This document shows positions 10,393-18,664 of a stretch of DNA of 32,000 nt, piece after piece. The stretch lies in the NCBI GenBank assembly GCA_964475295.1, contig CAYYWC010000006.1:1-32000 (forward strand), in the 5' to 3' direction. The notes under the pieces were generated by a model. That model saw only the letters and a program-made list of their open reading frames with translations, had not been told where the DNA came from and did no database searches. Source of the stretch: an uncultured Candidatus Saccharibacteria bacterium. Its GTDB lineage: Bacteria; Patescibacteriota; Saccharimonadia; Saccharimonadales; Saccharimonadaceae. How positions within the stretch are numbered: the first letter of the stretch is position 1; each line of letters starts with the position of its first letter. The translations under genes and the position numbers were made by a program.

Positions 10393-11234
10393 ACCACGAT
10401 AAACCCGTAAAACAATAGTTCATACTGTAAGCATTGATGGAATTGATGATTCAGTCGCGTATACGAATGCTTTGGAGATAGTCGAGCTCGACAAGAAACA
10501 AGCCATATCGCAAGTGCGCCACCAAGTAATGTCCATAGCCATGTGCGAGATGCATCATGTAGCAGCCATGCTATCGAGATCAAAATACCGGCATACCCTA
10601 TAACCGACATTATCACGCTCACACTTCGAACCTTTGTTCTACCATATACAAGCAAGAATGTTCTCTTGTCATGTAGCGCGTCTCCGTGTGCGTCTTTATA
10701 GTCCTTTAGCATGGAAAGTGATACCCGTCCAATCGCAAAGCTTGCACCGAGACATAGTACGAGATACGACACCTCCAGACTCCCCAATGAGACACCAAGC
10801 ATGAATGGCACAAAAGCGTAGCATATACCTAAAAGTACAATAGAGCCAATCGGGCGTCGTGATACCTGAAAAGGTTTAGAATTGTACATCCAAGAAAGTA
10901 TAATAAATATACCAAGAAAAGCCACCGCGGATAGTGGCAGGAGTAATATACCGAGCCCCATTGCCACAAGAATCATCATATGAGCAATGTGACGCACGCT
11001 GTTCGGCGACATGATATCGATCAGCCCATCCTGTCTCCCATTCGTCTTGTCGATGACCTCATCTTCAATGTCATTCAAAAGTGTCACAGCACTATGGATG
11101 AGAAATGTCACGACGAGCGCACCAGCAACAACAGCATACGGCATATGAACGATCATACCGCCTAGATAGATAAGTATAAGCGGGAGAAGCGCATTATACG
11201 GTCGCATCGCAGCGATAAAGATACTAAAAAGCAT
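10368..11234 (-). CDS. UbiA-family aromatic/polyprenyl prenyltransferase
   Basis: 288 aa with about 8 TM helices. First Asp-rich motif LNDIEDEVIDKTNGR (NDxxDxxxD) and second Asp-rich motif KDYKDAHGDALHDKRT. Confidence 0.8.
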   Translation of the reverse strand: MLFSIFIAAMRPYNALLPLILIYLGGMIVHMPYAVVAGALVVTFLIHSAVTLLNDIEDEVIDKTNGRQDGLIDIMSPNSVRHIAHMMILVAMGLGILLLPLSAVAFLGIFIILSWMYNSKPFQVSRRPIGSIVLLGICYAFVPFMLGVSLGSLEVSYLVLCLGASFAIGRVSLSMLKDYKDAHGDALHDKRTFLLVYGRTKVRSVSVIMSVIGYAGILISIAWLLHDASRTWLWTLLGGALAIWLVSCRARLSPKHSYTRLNHQFHQCLQYELLFYGFIVVWVSISLV

Positions 11235-11247
11235 GACTCCCTATCTG

Positions 11248-11757
11248 CTAAGTACCGCGAACATCCTGCCCAGTTGCCGCCATAATAAACATAAAGAGGA
11301 TAAAAAGAATCATTGGAGCCATAGGAAGAAATATGATCAACCCTATGATACCCAGGACAATTATAGCTGCAGGGTTCGTCTTCTTCGGCTTCACCCAACC
11401 TGAGAACCCTGGTGTTACACTGCTTAGGGCCTTTTTGCTTGGCGCTACAAGTGACTTAATCGCAAGAATCGCAAAGACAATTACCGCAATTGTCATGGGT
11501 ACCGTCATAAATGCCCCCGCATCTGAAGAGAGCCCGACAAAGACGAGTAGTGCCGCAGCACCGCCGGCATACGTCCAGAAGTCTTTCATATTTGATGCAG
11601 CCTTCTGATCAACCACTTGCAGCGGCATGACAGGCTGGGGTTGCATAGGTACCTGTACCTGTGGTGCCGCACTGCGCAACCTTTCATACTCTTCACGACT
11701 GAGCCATACACCATTCACCTGCTCAGGTGAAACTTGAGGGTTTTGACTATTTTCCAT
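11248..11757 (-). CDS. membrane protein of unknown function
   Basis: 169 aa. Soluble Pro/Gln-rich N-terminus, then 3-4 TM helices. Its start overlaps the stop of the upstream gene by 11 nt, suggesting an operon with 11747..12454. Confidence 0.5.
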   Translation of the reverse strand: MENSQNPQVSPEQVNGVWLSREEYERLRSAAPQVQVPMQPQPVMPLQVVDQKAASNMKDFWTYAGGAAALLVFVGLSSDAGAFMTVPMTIAVIVFAILAIKSLVAPSKKALSSVTPGFSGWVKPKKTNPAAIIVLGIIGLIIFLPMAPMILFILFMFIMAATGQDVRGT

Positions 11758-12454
11758 GCTTCTTCGCTCCTTTTACCGATTCTGAATCAGTGATTTGTTT
11801 CCTCATTAGAATACCGTAGCGATTTATCAAGAGCGGGATAAATGAAAGGATCAAGAAGGAGAACGCAAGTGCCGCAAAGCTACCGATAATCATTGGCGTC
11901 TGTCGTGCACCGATAAATACAGCTGCACATATGAGCGAGATGATGAACGCGAGTGCAATAACTCCTCCAAATTGCGGAAGACCCTTGGTCAGAACAGCCA
12001 TCTGTGTGATACGTGTGCCCATTGGCATCCAGACGAATGCAAGAATAGCAAGAACTATCATGCGCGGTGCGCCCTCAAGATTGAAATGGAGAATTCCATC
12101 TTGGACAGTCGCAGCTGGCTCCATGATGAATGCCCTGGCTCCCAAAATAGCCGCACCTGCAAGTGTCACTGCGACAACCGAAAGAATCGAAAACTTACGA
12201 AACTGCGCCTCGAGCAAAAATCCAGTACCAACCAGCAGCAACACGTCGCCCATAAACACAATCATAGGGATAGAAACAGGGTCATGTATGAGCGGCGCCA
12301 TCCCCCACACAAGGAGTGCTAATCCAAGCATTAAAAAAGCAATCGTAAAGTACATTCGCTGACGAAATGCAAGCTCTCCGAATGACCGATAAAACGAGAT
12401 AGCAAACCATCCAATAATAGAAGCTGCTATCAAGAAACCAATAAACCCTAGCAC
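11747..12454 (-). CDS. polytopic membrane protein of unknown function
   Basis: Track ORF 11747..12577 trimmed to GTG 12454 (MLGFIGFLIAASIIGWF...). On the minus strand AAGGAGG sits 6 nt upstream of this GTG. The long form would overlap the divergent plsY start. Confidence 0.5.
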   Translation of the reverse strand: MLGFIGFLIAASIIGWFAISFYRSFGELAFRQRMYFTIAFLMLGLALLVWGMAPLIHDPVSIPMIVFMGDVLLLVGTGFLLEAQFRKFSILSVVAVTLAGAAILGARAFIMEPAATVQDGILHFNLEGAPRMIVLAILAFVWMPMGTRITQMAVLTKGLPQFGGVIALAFIISLICAAVFIGARQTPMIIGSFAALAFSFLILSFIPLLINRYGILMRKQITDSESVKGAKKHGK

Positions 12455-12506
12455 CCTCACCCTCCTTCTTTTTTCAGTGACTGCCTGTTGGTATATACTA
12501 TATAGC

Positions 12507-13079
12507 ATGTTGGCGGCAGTACCTATAGCTTTATTAGCATTATCGGCATACCTTTGTGGATCAGTTCCGTTCGGCAAGCTTATCGCAAAACGCTACGGCA
12601 TAGATATTCAGAAGCGCGGCAGTGGCAATATCGGATTCGCGAACGTATTACGCGTCATCGGCTGGAGAGCAGCGCTTCCTACGCTTGCTCTCGACATAGC
12701 AAAAGGTTTCACACCAACAGCCCTTGCTGTGTATTATTTCGATATCCACACTGGCTTTGCTATCGGAATAGCTGCTATTTTCGGCCATCTGTTTCCTGTA
12801 TGGCTACGGTTTAAGGGTGGCAAAGGCATTGCCACGGGTCTCGGTGTACTCCTCGGGGCTACACCAGTTGTTGGATTGATCGGCTTTAGCGTCTATATTA
12901 TATCTTCTCTCGTCTTGCGCAATTCTAGCCGCGCCTCCGTTGCTGCAGGACTCTCTGTTGCAGTAAGTGGCATCGCACTACTGCCCACCTATTCATGGGC
13001 TTATATAGCGCTTATTATGATTGCTCTCTGGACACTGCGAAAAAATCTTTTTGGAACTGTACCAAGCTATGACGTCTGA
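12507..13079 (+). CDS. plsY: glycerol-3-phosphate acyltransferase PlsY
   Basis: Trimmed to ATG 12507 (MLAAVPIALLALSAYLCGSVPFG). PlsY motifs GSGNIGFANVLR and FKGGKGIATGLG; 5-6 TM helices. Confidence 0.85.
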   Translation: MLAAVPIALLALSAYLCGSVPFGKLIAKRYGIDIQKRGSGNIGFANVLRVIGWRAALPTLALDIAKGFTPTALAVYYFDIHTGFAIGIAAIFGHLFPVWLRFKGGKGIATGLGVLLGATPVVGLIGFSVYIISSLVLRNSSRASVAAGLSVAVSGIALLPTYSWAYIALIMIALWTLRKNLFGTVPSYDV

Positions 13080-13812
13080 ACTACTCCTGAGGCTCAGTGT
13101 TATTCTTGTCGGTTTCATTATTGTCGGTACAGCCGCCTGCTTACCGCTCTATCGGTGGAACGTTCGCGACCTTCTTGCCTCATCTCTATTCGTCAAGATA
13201 TTATGGTGGATACCCATCTTCCTTGTACTTATTCTTATACTTTATGGAGGTCTTACTGTAGCAATTGCAGTAACGGCAGTCGTTATACTATTAGGACTCC
13301 GTGAGTTCATTCGTAACCGTGGCTGGTCACAGCGTTTTGCATCGCTCTATTTTATATTATTTCTTATCTGGACTGCGCACCTTGCCTGGTGGTATACACT
13401 GCCAGAATCTCTCGCGACACCCCTTCTTATCGCAGTCGCTGTCATGTCGGTTGTATCCGATGTGTGTGCCTTCTTCTTTGGTAACTACCTAGGTCATCAC
13501 AACTTACCGCACTGGTTGAATCGGCGCAAAAGCTGGGAAGGTGTCGCAGGGCAGATCATCGGCGCAGGTATCGGCGCACTACTCGCTATCTTCTTTTTAT
13601 CGATTCCGCTATCTCTAGGATTAATCCTTGCTATCGGTGTTGCGAGTGCGAGCGGCGATCTCATCAATAGCGCAGCAAAGCGTTCGCTATCCATAAGAGA
13701 CTGGGGCCGCACCATCCCTGGTCACGGAGGCGTCATGGACCGCATGTCAAGCCTCTCCCTGTCAATTACAGTAGCTTATTGGACCACTTTCGCGTTCTAT
13801 ATTATGCAGTAA
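13069..13812 (+). CDS. cdsA: phosphatidate cytidylyltransferase (CDP-diglyceride synthase)
   Basis: Trimmed to ATG 13069 (MTSELLLRL...), which overlaps the plsY stop. C-terminal CdsA signature SAAKRSLSIRDWGRTIPGHGGVMDRMSS; polytopic. Confidence 0.8.
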   Translation: MTSELLLRLSVILVGFIIVGTAACLPLYRWNVRDLLASSLFVKILWWIPIFLVLILILYGGLTVAIAVTAVVILLGLREFIRNRGWSQRFASLYFILFLIWTAHLAWWYTLPESLATPLLIAVAVMSVVSDVCAFFFGNYLGHHNLPHWLNRRKSWEGVAGQIIGAGIGALLAIFFLSIPLSLGLILAIGVASASGDLINSAAKRSLSIRDWGRTIPGHGGVMDRMSSLSLSITVAYWTTFAFYIMQ

Positions 13813-13825
13813 TCAAAAATTTAAA

Positions 13826-13902
13826 TGGTGGAGCATATCGGATTTGAACCGATGACCTCTTCCATGCCATGGAAGCGCGCTAGCCAACTGCGCCAATGCC
13901 CC
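13826..13902 (-). tRNA. tRNA-Ala, anticodon GGC, CCA encoded
   Basis: The reverse complement folds as a cloverleaf: GGGGCAT TG GCGC AGTTGGCTA GCGC G CTTCC ATGGCAT GGAAG AGGTC ATCGG TTCAAAT CCGAT ATGCTCC A CCA. It has a 7-bp acceptor stem with the G3:U70 alanine identity pair, a GGC anticodon in a 7-nt loop, and a T-loop TTCAAAT. Confidence 0.9.
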
Positions 13903-13984
13903 GTCAGGTATTCATTCTAACAGACCAGTACCCTATAATACAGCCCCGTCGACCAACAACTGATCATATGATTGATAGGCCAAG

Positions 13985-14527
13985 CTACTTTAGCCCATCC
14001 TTCATTACATCAACTGCGCGTTGACGTGATGAGTAACGCCAATACTTCTCCCCCTCCATTTCGGCACACGTCAAAGACTCTCCATTCGGTATGACTATTG
14101 TGTCATATCCCCATCCGTTCGTACCTCGTTGCTCATGCGAGATAGTACCGTCCACTCGACCCACAAAAACCTGAGCACCATTTTCGTCACAGTACGCCAT
14201 CGCACACTCCATGTAGCAATTACGATTCTCCGCATCACCAAGCATATCGAGTAAGCCATCACAGCCTACCTCAACAATGAAGTGTTTAATAAGCGCACCA
14301 GGCAGCGAACCCCACTGTTCAAACGTTAAGCCCGCATCGTCAACAAGCACGGGTCTTTGTAGTTTTTCATATGCCTCAATCGCCTTGTGCTTCACAACCT
14401 CAGCAACATCCATAGATTGAATTTCAGTCAGCTCTATGTCAGAACGGTTCAACTCGACTCCAAGGAGCAGGCCAATGTCCTTTACTTTATTAGGATTGCC
14501 TGTTACAAGAGCAATATGCTGTTTCAT
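13985..14527 (-). CDS. rdgB: RdgB/HAM1-family non-canonical purine NTP pyrophosphatase (ITPase)
   Basis: Trimmed to ATG 14527 (MKQHIALVTGNPNKVKDI). Ham1 pattern with VLVDDAGL and PGALIKHF. Confidence 0.75.
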   Translation of the reverse strand: MKQHIALVTGNPNKVKDIGLLLGVELNRSDIELTEIQSMDVAEVVKHKAIEAYEKLQRPVLVDDAGLTFEQWGSLPGALIKHFIVEVGCDGLLDMLGDAENRNCYMECAMAYCDENGAQVFVGRVDGTISHEQRGTNGWGYDTIVIPNGESLTCAEMEGEKYWRYSSRQRAVDVMKDGLK

Positions 14528-14607
14528 ATACTTGCATTGTAGCACGAAGATTGCGTCAATGTTCGTATCTGCACTGAATCAATCGTATCTTCCTGTATAA
14601 TTACATC

Positions 14608-14997
14608 ATGATCGACTGCCCATTCTGCCTAGAAAACAATCTACTTAGAGTTAATATCGTCTACGAAGATAGCTTGTGGTATTTTACTGATCTAGATCCT
14701 GAAGAAGAAAGTAATTCAGGAATGGCCATAACCAAGCGTCATATTGCAACACCATTTGATATCAATCCAGATGAATGGGCCGCGCTACACGAACTACTGC
14801 CTAAATTTAGAGCAATGATCGACACAAGAGAGTCGCCAGATGGCTATAACATAGGGTGGAACGTCGACCAAGCAGGCGGACAAACCATCCCACATGCGCA
14901 TTTACACATTGCAGCACGATATAGCGACGAAGAACTTGCCGGTAAAGGTATGCGATATCATTTCAAGGGTTTTCGGAATAAGAGAAATAAGATATAG
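14608..14997 (+). CDS. HIT (histidine triad) family nucleotide hydrolase/transferase
   Basis: 129 aa. Histidine triad IPHAHLHIAAR (HxHxHxx) near the C-terminus. Confidence 0.8.
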   Translation: MIDCPFCLENNLLRVNIVYEDSLWYFTDLDPEEESNSGMAITKRHIATPFDINPDEWAALHELLPKFRAMIDTRESPDGYNIGWNVDQAGGQTIPHAHLHIAARYSDEELAGKGMRYHFKGFRNKRNKI

Positions 14998-15127
14998 GCG
15001 ATACAAACTTTTAGTAGTTTTACAGCATCTCGGCAGAAGCCAAAGGATAATCACCGAACCTATTGCGGTATAGTATCTTTCTCGGGATGAGATGACTATC
15101 AAGTACGATAGGGTTTGCAATAAATGA

Positions 15128-15706
15128 TCACTTACTAATCTCTCGGAGAACCAGATCTCGTAGGATCTCGGATTTATTCTTGCCGGTGATGTGCGCCTGA
15201 TACTTTAAGTAGGCGTTAATCTCTGGATTTATAAAGAAGTTAAAACGCATGTCTTTTTTATGAATCTTATTTTCGTTAATAAACGCCCCTATTACTACAC
15301 GAAGACTATCCGTGTCATATCGCTTAACAGTAGCAAGACTATCGAAATCAGGGCTGATACCATTGCCAAAACTCGTATTGGTAGATAAGGCGTCTTTGCG
15401 TATCAGGATTAGCACTGGCTTCTTAAGCTGGACCGCAGTGGCTATTTGATACCCGACAGAGAGACTTTCCTCTGTCGCTTCTACAATGACAATGTCAGCC
15501 CTAGCGAGTATTCGAAGGTCCTTTTTAGTAGATATCCACCAGTTTATTTCATCAAAATATTTAGATGATCTAGCCATTTCGTATTCTTTGTCCAGCCGCT
15601 CCCTAGTCAGGGTATTCCCAGACTCTGTAATAATGTCAAGAATCTCGCGCAATTGCTCATAGTCCCTATCGAGGGCGTGCTTTACGGCTGCGAAATGTAT
15701 AATCAT
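15128..15706 (-). CDS. nucleoside 2-deoxyribosyltransferase-like (NDT/SLOG-type Rossmannoid) domain fused to a C-terminal ribbon-helix-helix
   Basis: 192 aa. The core LARADIVIVEATEESLSVGYQIATAVQLKKPVLILI matches the NDT-like pattern (aD.vva....S.G...E.g.A...gKPv..l). The last 40 aa or so, MRFNFFINPEINAYLKYQAHITGKNKSEILRDLVLRE, has the strand-helix-helix pattern of CopG/Arc-type RHH domains. Confidence 0.5.
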   Translation of the reverse strand: MIIHFAAVKHALDRDYEQLREILDIITESGNTLTRERLDKEYEMARSSKYFDEINWWISTKKDLRILARADIVIVEATEESLSVGYQIATAVQLKKPVLILIRKDALSTNTSFGNGISPDFDSLATVKRYDTDSLRVVIGAFINENKIHKKDMRFNFFINPEINAYLKYQAHITGKNKSEILRDLVLREISK

Positions 15707-15747
15707 ATAATATTCCCCTTGGAGAGAAATAAGCTTATAATAATCGC

Positions 15748-16206
15748 ATGAATAGAGTGCTATGCCGAGACATTAATGGTAGAGTCCATATCGTAACCAA
15801 GTAAGACCTGGTAAAAAGAACGTCAATATATGGGGTAATAGAGAGCGTAAAGGGTGTACTACTCGTTAGAGATAGAACAGCCGTCAACGACAAATGGGAT
15901 CTACCAGGAGGGGGTGTTGAGCCGGTAGAAAAGCTGCTTGATGCCCTGGAGCGTGAAATTAAAGAGGAAACCGGACTTTATCTTATCGGCAAACCTACAA
16001 AGATATGCGATTTTACCGAATTTTTCTATGATGTCGAGTCAGAAACTGGCTGGGAGTCAACTCGACACTTCTATAAAGTGGAGTATAAAGGCGACCCTGT
16101 TATGGATGGTAACCACGACGATATCGTCGATGCTCGATACTTCAGGAAACCCCTGCCTGACGATAAGGTCGCCCCGGTTGCCCACATGATTATCAATATG
16201 ATCTAA
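15748..16206 (+). pseudogene. NUDIX hydrolase interrupted by an in-frame TAA (or an N-terminally truncated gene using a non-canonical start)
   Basis: Missed by the track. ATG 15748 reads MNRVLCRDINGRVHIVTK, then TAA at 15802-15804. The same frame continues DLVKRTSIYGVIESVKGVLLVRDRTAVNDKWDLPGGGVEPVEKLLDALEREIKEETGL (a complete Nudix box, GX5EX7REUXEEXGU) to TAA at 16204-16206. There is no ATG, GTG or TTG between the internal TAA and the Nudix box; only CTG at 15808. Confidence 0.65.
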
Positions 16207-16421
16207 CGTTGTAGGTGATGGCTTAAGTGATCGATCGCCTCACCCCTACTTCTTCTACAGCCAGCCCTATGCTATGGTGCTATATAACTCCAACCCAGTC
16301 AGTAGACTACTCTAATTAGAGCCTAGCTCAGCACACCCTTGCCCTAAAAATAAATAAACTGGAACCATTCTCCTCTCTTTCCTACTTGGCAGGGCTTACA
16401 GGACGATTACCAAACCTATTG

Positions 16422-16430
16422 TGATATAAT
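16422..16430 (+). promoter_or_regulatory. extended -10 promoter (TGaTATAAT) giving a leaderless or near-leaderless ASCH mRNA
   Basis: TGATATAAT at 16422-16430, with the ATG at 16440 only 9 nt after the hexamer. No Shine-Dalgarno sequence lies in between. Confidence 0.4.
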
Positions 16431-16439
16431 ATAAAAAAT

Positions 16440-16778
16440 ATGAACATTCACCAACTACAACTTGCAACTACACCATTTAATGCTATTACTTCTGGCGTAA
16501 AAACTATTGAATCACGACTTTATGACAAAAAGCGCCAACTCATTCAAATCGGCGATACTGTTGATTTTACCAACCGCGAAGCTCCAGATCAGACGGTTTC
16601 CGTAAAAGTCATCGGTCTACTTCGCTACAAAACATTCCACGACTTATTCACGCACAATGATCCGTCTAAATTTGGTGGAGAAAGTGTCGAGTGGCTCGAA
16701 AATCAAATCAACGAATTCTATTCCATCAACGAGCAAAGCCAAGACGGTGTCATTGGCATAGAGTTTGAGCTGATTTAA
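16440..16778 (+). CDS. stand-alone ASCH (ASC-1 homology, PUA-like) domain protein
   Basis: 112 aa. PFNAITSGVKTIESRLYDKKRQLIQIGDTVDF, followed by ...YKTFHDLF... and GVIGIEFELI. This is the typical ASCH pattern F..I.sG.KT.E.R..d.kr..i..GD.i.f. Confidence 0.8.
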   Translation: MNIHQLQLATTPFNAITSGVKTIESRLYDKKRQLIQIGDTVDFTNREAPDQTVSVKVIGLLRYKTFHDLFTHNDPSKFGGESVEWLENQINEFYSINEQSQDGVIGIEFELI

Positions 16779-16793
16779 CACCCTAGTGACTAG

Positions 16794-16822
16794 TTGCGAT
16801 TGTAGCACAGTCATGTTATAAT
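16794..16822 (+). promoter_or_regulatory. sigma70-like promoter upstream of the GC-rich GNAT-ASCH gene
   Basis: TTGCGA (16794-16799), a 17-nt spacer, then a perfect TATAAT (16817-16822). GGAGGT lies 6-7 nt before ATG 16899. Confidence 0.5.
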
Positions 16823-16898
16823 AGTAATAGTCTCATAACCCTGTGAGACGTTCCTCTGCTAGGTCGCAAAATCCTAGCAATCAATTTGGAGGTGTACT

Positions 16899-18242
16899 AT
16901 GACCGCATCAACGGTCATTAACGACGTCGTCATTCGCTCCGCAGGAGCTGACGACTTCGAGTGGGTCGCTGATCTCATGGTTCGGGCGCTCAGTCCGTTC
17001 TATGACGGCGACCACCGTGCACACGCACGGCGCATTTTCGATACACACATGGAGGGAGGTATCGACCGTGTCGGTCACTTCTCGGCTGGACAGTACATGT
17101 TCATTGCCGAACAGGACGGGCAGCCGGTCGGACTAATCCACGTCGTGGAGAAGAAGCAAGAGACGGTAAAGATCAGTCCGCTGATCGTCAGCACCGACTA
17201 CCGTGGGAAGCTGGGAATCGGAAGCATGCTGCTCAGGCACGCTGAAGACTTTGCCCGCGACCTCGGTGCTCGGCAGCTGTACTGCACCGTCGCCTCGCCG
17301 AACCAGAAGGCGCTGGGGTTCTTCCTCCGGAGGGGCTTCCGCATCACCGGAACGGCGAAGGATCACTACAAGCAGGGCATCGACGAGCACATGCTGTACA
17401 AGCAGCTGGTCGATGAGCCGGGTTTCGACTCGCCCAACGTTTCAGTGATCCCCTTCGACGAGGAAGCGCACGCTGATGGTGCGCGCGACCTCATCCTTTC
17501 GCAGATGAGTAGCGTCTTTCGCGGTGTGGACGACGACTGGGTTGACGCCCTATACGCCGGCTACAAGCGAAAGGAGCTTGGCGACGTTAATGCCAAGTTC
17601 AAGATCATCTTCACTGCCGAGTGTGGCGGTGAGGTGGTCGGTATCGCCGGTGCTACGCCCAAGAAGGGGCAGCCCATCAAGCTGATGCCGCTCGTGGCGA
17701 AGTCGGAGGTAGCGTTCGAAGCGCTCGTCATTGATCTTCAGGGGCTACTGATGGACTACGGTCACAAGCTATACGTTCACTTGGTTCCTGAGCCGTGGCA
17801 GGTCGCCTGTCTCCAGCGCCATGGCTGGACACTGGAAGGCGTGTTCCCTGGCGGGTACGCACCGAACAGCGTCGTGCAGCAGTGGGGACTCAACTTCAAC
17901 AAGGAGGGAGCAACCGTGCGTAAGATGCGCATCAAGCGTCCGTATTTCGATGAAATCATGTCGGGTCGTAAGACCTTGGAGGTTCGCGTCGGATACGACA
18001 ACATCAAGCGCCTGAAGGCTGGTGAGCTATTGCAGCTCGAGACTGGACACACCTCGGGTGTGGTGCGGATCAAGTCGATCCGCGTCTACGACAACTTCGC
18101 CGACATGTTGGCGACGGAGCCGTGGCGCGAGATCGTTCCGCAGGTCGACAACCAGACGACCGCCCTCCGGCTCCTGCGCGAGATCTACCCCGCACACAGG
18201 GAACGCCTCGGCATCCACGTCATCGAGGTTGAAAAGCAGTAG
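16899..18242 (+). CDS. tandem GNAT N-acetyltransferase domains fused to a C-terminal ASCH domain
   Basis: 447 aa. GNAT 1 has motif A, STDYRGKLGIGSMLLRHAEDFARDLGARQLY...ALGFFLRRGF. A second, degenerate GNAT-like domain covers about residues 185-330. The C-terminus is MRIKRPYFDEIMSGRKTLEVRVGYDNIKRLKAGELLQLE...YDNFADML...GIHVIEVE, the same ASCH subfamily as the upstream gene. GC content is markedly higher than the flanks. Confidence 0.8.
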   Translation: MTASTVINDVVIRSAGADDFEWVADLMVRALSPFYDGDHRAHARRIFDTHMEGGIDRVGHFSAGQYMFIAEQDGQPVGLIHVVEKKQETVKISPLIVSTDYRGKLGIGSMLLRHAEDFARDLGARQLYCTVASPNQKALGFFLRRGFRITGTAKDHYKQGIDEHMLYKQLVDEPGFDSPNVSVIPFDEEAHADGARDLILSQMSSVFRGVDDDWVDALYAGYKRKELGDVNAKFKIIFTAECGGEVVGIAGATPKKGQPIKLMPLVAKSEVAFEALVIDLQGLLMDYGHKLYVHLVPEPWQVACLQRHGWTLEGVFPGGYAPNSVVQQWGLNFNKEGATVRKMRIKRPYFDEIMSGRKTLEVRVGYDNIKRLKAGELLQLETGHTSGVVRIKSIRVYDNFADMLATEPWREIVPQVDNQTTALRLLREIYPAHRERLGIHVIEVEKQ

Positions 18243-18329
18243 AACAACGACACAGGGTTCGCACCCCAAGATGGAGTAATCCAGCTTTATAATGCGAGTG
18301 ACTTGGGCTAGTGTCACTGATACCTGATT

Positions 18330-18562
18330 TAAGGTGTCGAACAACTAGCCTGTTTTTCTTTGGAATTATTTTTACCTAAAATATAAATAACACACCTTCG
18401 ACAGTGTGTTATTTATATTGGCAGAGCATTATTGTACAGGTTAGAACCCTGCTAATCACGGCATAGTTGGACTACAGACCTGTTAAATGTCCAGTGTATC
18501 CTCAGTCCAGCCAAGCAAGAGACGGGAACCCTTACCTCGTTCCTATATAGTTTGACACCTTA
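18330..18562. repeat. 13-bp inverted repeat pair (12/13 match) bracketing the hairpin
   Basis: TAAGGTGTCGAAC at 18330-18342. The reverse complement of 18550-18562 is TAAGGTGTCAAAC. The two arms enclose 207 bp of non-coding sequence. Confidence 0.4.
18381..18418. terminator. perfect 15-bp-stem hairpin, a possible bidirectional terminator
   Basis: ATATAAATAACACAC cttcgaca GTGTGTTATTTATAT. It sits in a 420-bp non-coding gap between the convergent genes ending at 18242 (+) and 18665 (-), and is flanked by A/T runs. Confidence 0.5.
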
Positions 18563-18664
18563 GGGGGGTGGGTAAATTCCGAGGATAATACTTATATATA
18601 ATGACAAGCGACAGGAAATTTTTAAAAAATGGAAACCCAGCGTAAAGCAACTACTCCTTTGAGT

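Noticed and set aside
15938-16189. Track ORF MMPWSVKLKRKPDF... (83 aa, + strand)
   Set aside because: It is an out-of-frame shadow of the NUDIX coding sequence. The neighbouring frame encodes a perfect Nudix box.
16837-18259. The 9-bp inverted repeat AACCCTGTG/CACAGGGTT as proof of an integron cassette or transposon carrying the GNAT-ASCH gene
   Set aside because: A single 9-bp inverted repeat over 1.4 kb can occur by chance. There is no attC-like extended structure, no target-site duplication and no integrase nearby. I keep it only as weak supporting context for the GC-rich insert.
17133-18344. Track ORFs inside or antisense to the GNAT-ASCH gene (17133..17390, 17203..17448, 17777..18073, 17821..18015, 18022..18279, 18027..18344)
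   Set aside because: These are typical stop-poor shadow frames of a GC-rich gene. Their products are Arg/Ser/Pro-rich and low in complexity, and they overlap a strongly supported CDS.
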